Positions 62,065 through 64,000 of a stretch of DNA of 64,000 bases are shown one piece after another; within the stretch, counting starts at the first letter, position 1; each line of letters begins with the position of its first letter. Origin of the DNA: Podarcis gaigeae. Its lineage: Eukaryota. The position numbers and the translations under genes were made by a program. The notes beneath the pieces were generated by a model. It was not told the origin of the DNA and did no database searches. It saw nothing but the letters and a program-made list of their open reading frames with translations. The stretch lies in the NCBI GenBank assembly GCA_964106915.2, contig OZ066920.1, one strand, 5' to 3'.

Positions 62065-62957
62065 TTAATAATAATGTATGTCAGAACCAAATGGGAGAAT
62101 ACCATTCAGACCTCAGCCCTACCACAAAACCATTTAAGCAGGAATGACCAGTATAAGTTTCCTCAGTGTGTGGTCTGCGGAGTTATAGTAGCTTTTGTTT
62201 AACTTATGCCGCACACACACTATTCAGAGCACCCTTTTAAAAATGCCCTGTTGAAAGAGGATTGGAAGCAAACGGACAGTCTGTTTATTACACAGTTTGT
62301 AATGTACCCAAACAACTTCATTTCTCTCTCTTTGCGGTTGTGACTTGTCATTTCTATTTGGCAAATCCTAATAATGACAAGACAGAAAGCAGCTATTATT
62401 GGCTTTTTTCTGAGCCTGATCAACGATAGCATAAATTAGGTGTCTGTTCTTTATGCTGGCACTGCATAAATCAATTTTTGCTTAATTAGGGACTGGCTGT
62501 ATTGGTTTATCTTCAGAAATGTTGGAACCTTCTGTACAGTCTTATCTTTACCCATTTTGATGTGAGGAGTAAGGTGCATTTTCAGTAGACTTTTTTTCCC
62601 TTTTATCGCCAGGGGAGTCACAGAAGCACAAGTATTTTTCTGTTCATGCACTTACAAAAACAACAATTGTTTTGTTGAAAATATTATTTTTTTTGCCTGT
62701 GTTTCAGTCAGAAAGACTCTCAAGGCAGCTGACGGCAAAATATAATAAAACAGCAATTAGAAACATGAAAACCCGCATCAAGTATAAAACTATAAAGAAT
62801 AAAGATCTGATAAAGAAGCAGATCCATTAGCAAGAAACCAAAATGCATGCTAAAATAATCACTTATTCTCTGCATGCTGACAGGAAAGTAGAGATGGTGT
62901 TGGATGAACTCCTTTGGGAGGGTTCTCCAGAGGTAAGTTATGGTAGATGAAAATGCC

Positions 62958-63280
62958 TTGGGGTCAGCAACCTTTTTCAGCCGTGGGCTGGTCCACCGTC
63001 CCCCAGACTATGTGGTGGGCCAGACTATATTTTTTTTTTGGGGGGGGAAATGAACTCCTATGCCCCACAAATAACCCAGAGATGCATTTTAAATACAAAC
63101 GCACATTCTACTCATATAAAAACACCAGGGAGGCCCCACAAATAACCCAAAGATGCATTTTAAATAAAAGCACACATTCTACTCATGTAGAAACATGCTG
63201 ATTCCCAGACCATCCACAGGCCAGATTGAGAAGGCGATTGGGCCACATCCGGCCCCTGGGCCTTAGGTTGCCTACCCCTG
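62958..63280 (+). mobile_element. hAT non-autonomous element (~320 bp) with an internal 71-bp-period duplication
   Basis: Termini (tt)GGGGTCAGCAACCT / AGGTTGCCTACCCCTG. The repeat GCCCCACAAATAACCCA.AGATGCATTTTAAATA...CACATTCTACTCAT.TA.AAACA occurs at 63062-63125 and 63133-63196. No TSD is recognisable. Confidence 0.8.
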
Positions 63281-64000
63281 CATGTACATGCATGCTGCAC
63301 CTGAGATGCTGGGGGGTACGCAGGTCAGGCCATCTGATAGGGTCATAGGGAAGGAGGTAGTCCCAGACCACTTAGAGCAGGATTGGGACCCTATATCTCC
63401 CCCGCTGTTTCCCTCGATGATACAGTTCCCATTATTCCTGACCATTGACTAAGCTGGCTGAAACTCATGGCTGAAACACCTTATTTTAAAGTGGTTGTTG
63501 CTGCCCACAGTGTTAATGAATACTTGTATTTTAACTTTTAATCAAGCTGCAGATTTATTAAAAATTGATTTATTTTAGAATAATTGCCCAATAGCACAAG
63601 CTTTTAAACCTGAAATGCTTCTTTCCATTGTAGCACCTCGGTGGGTTGATAAATATCCCAACTAGATTATATTCTGATCTGCCATATATGGTGTTATTTA
63701 AATTTAAAGGAATGTTTATTTCTGTCCCTCTGAACAGTATCCAATTTTTCTTATTCAGGCTCCTGGAATCGGCAGCTATTGTTAATTAAAAGACCTAGTT
63801 AGTTATTTAAAGGGTGGTGTTTGGGGGCACTTTATCCATGTACTGCTGAAAATGTTAAGAATATTATTGCCACAATACTATGACATCCACACGTTATCTT
63901 AGTTTTCATTTTTCAGGAAGGTGGGGCACAGAACCCAATGGAAAAGCTTCATATTTTAAAATTGCACCCTTCTTTTAGGTTTTGATTTTGACGTGCATTT

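Larger units (their letters stand above)
18430..64000 (+). other. JARID2: JARID2 intron 1 (continues beyond the window)
   Basis: GTAAGT donor. No sequence encoding the expected exon 2 start (DDSDG.PWSEERV) was seen by eye or in the ORF track. Intron 1 is very long in mammals. Confidence 0.8.

Noticed and set aside
61999-62202. Poly-Ile membrane-like peptide
   Set aside because: It is the translation of an (AAT)n microsatellite.
63062-63196. Direct repeats as a CRISPR-like array (also 23485-23664)
   Set aside because: Eukaryotic context, only two units, no spacer series and no cas genes. The 63 kb pair is TE-internal.

Overview
Vertebrate genomic DNA, most likely a squamate and probably a lacertid lizard, judging by the Sauria SINE copies with (ACCTTT)n tails. 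The window holds the 5' end of JARID2 (Jumonji, a PRC2 cofactor) on the + strand: about 16.5 kb of upstream DNA, a CpG-island promoter (~16.8-17.75 kb) with a 129-nt assembly gap at its upstream edge, and coding exon 1 (MSKERPKRNIIQKKY, 18385-18429, then a GTAAGT donor). The remaining ~45 kb is intron 1; exon 2 was not found. A second CpG island at ~20.0-20.56 kb has two perfect CRE sites and a donor site and looks like an alternative promoter/first exon. The rest is TE debris (Sauria and other tRNA-derived SINEs, CR1 and L2 fragments, hAT, Tc1/mariner and Harbinger-like MITEs, Penelope fragments), microsatellites and candidate conserved non-coding elements. Most notable: (i) a short Penelope-derived insertion with a 14-bp target-site duplication, an intact minimal hammerhead-ribozyme motif and a terminal hairpin; (ii) a 15-codon uORF whose stop overlaps the JARID2 start codon (AUGA); (iii) a possible in-frame alternative N-terminal exon; (iv) a MITE family whose arms carry the same ACTACA-TCCCA motif as the promoter. 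Almost all supplied ORFs are spurious. TE family names come from recalled consensus sequences, not a database search. I see no evidence of a new multi-gene system.
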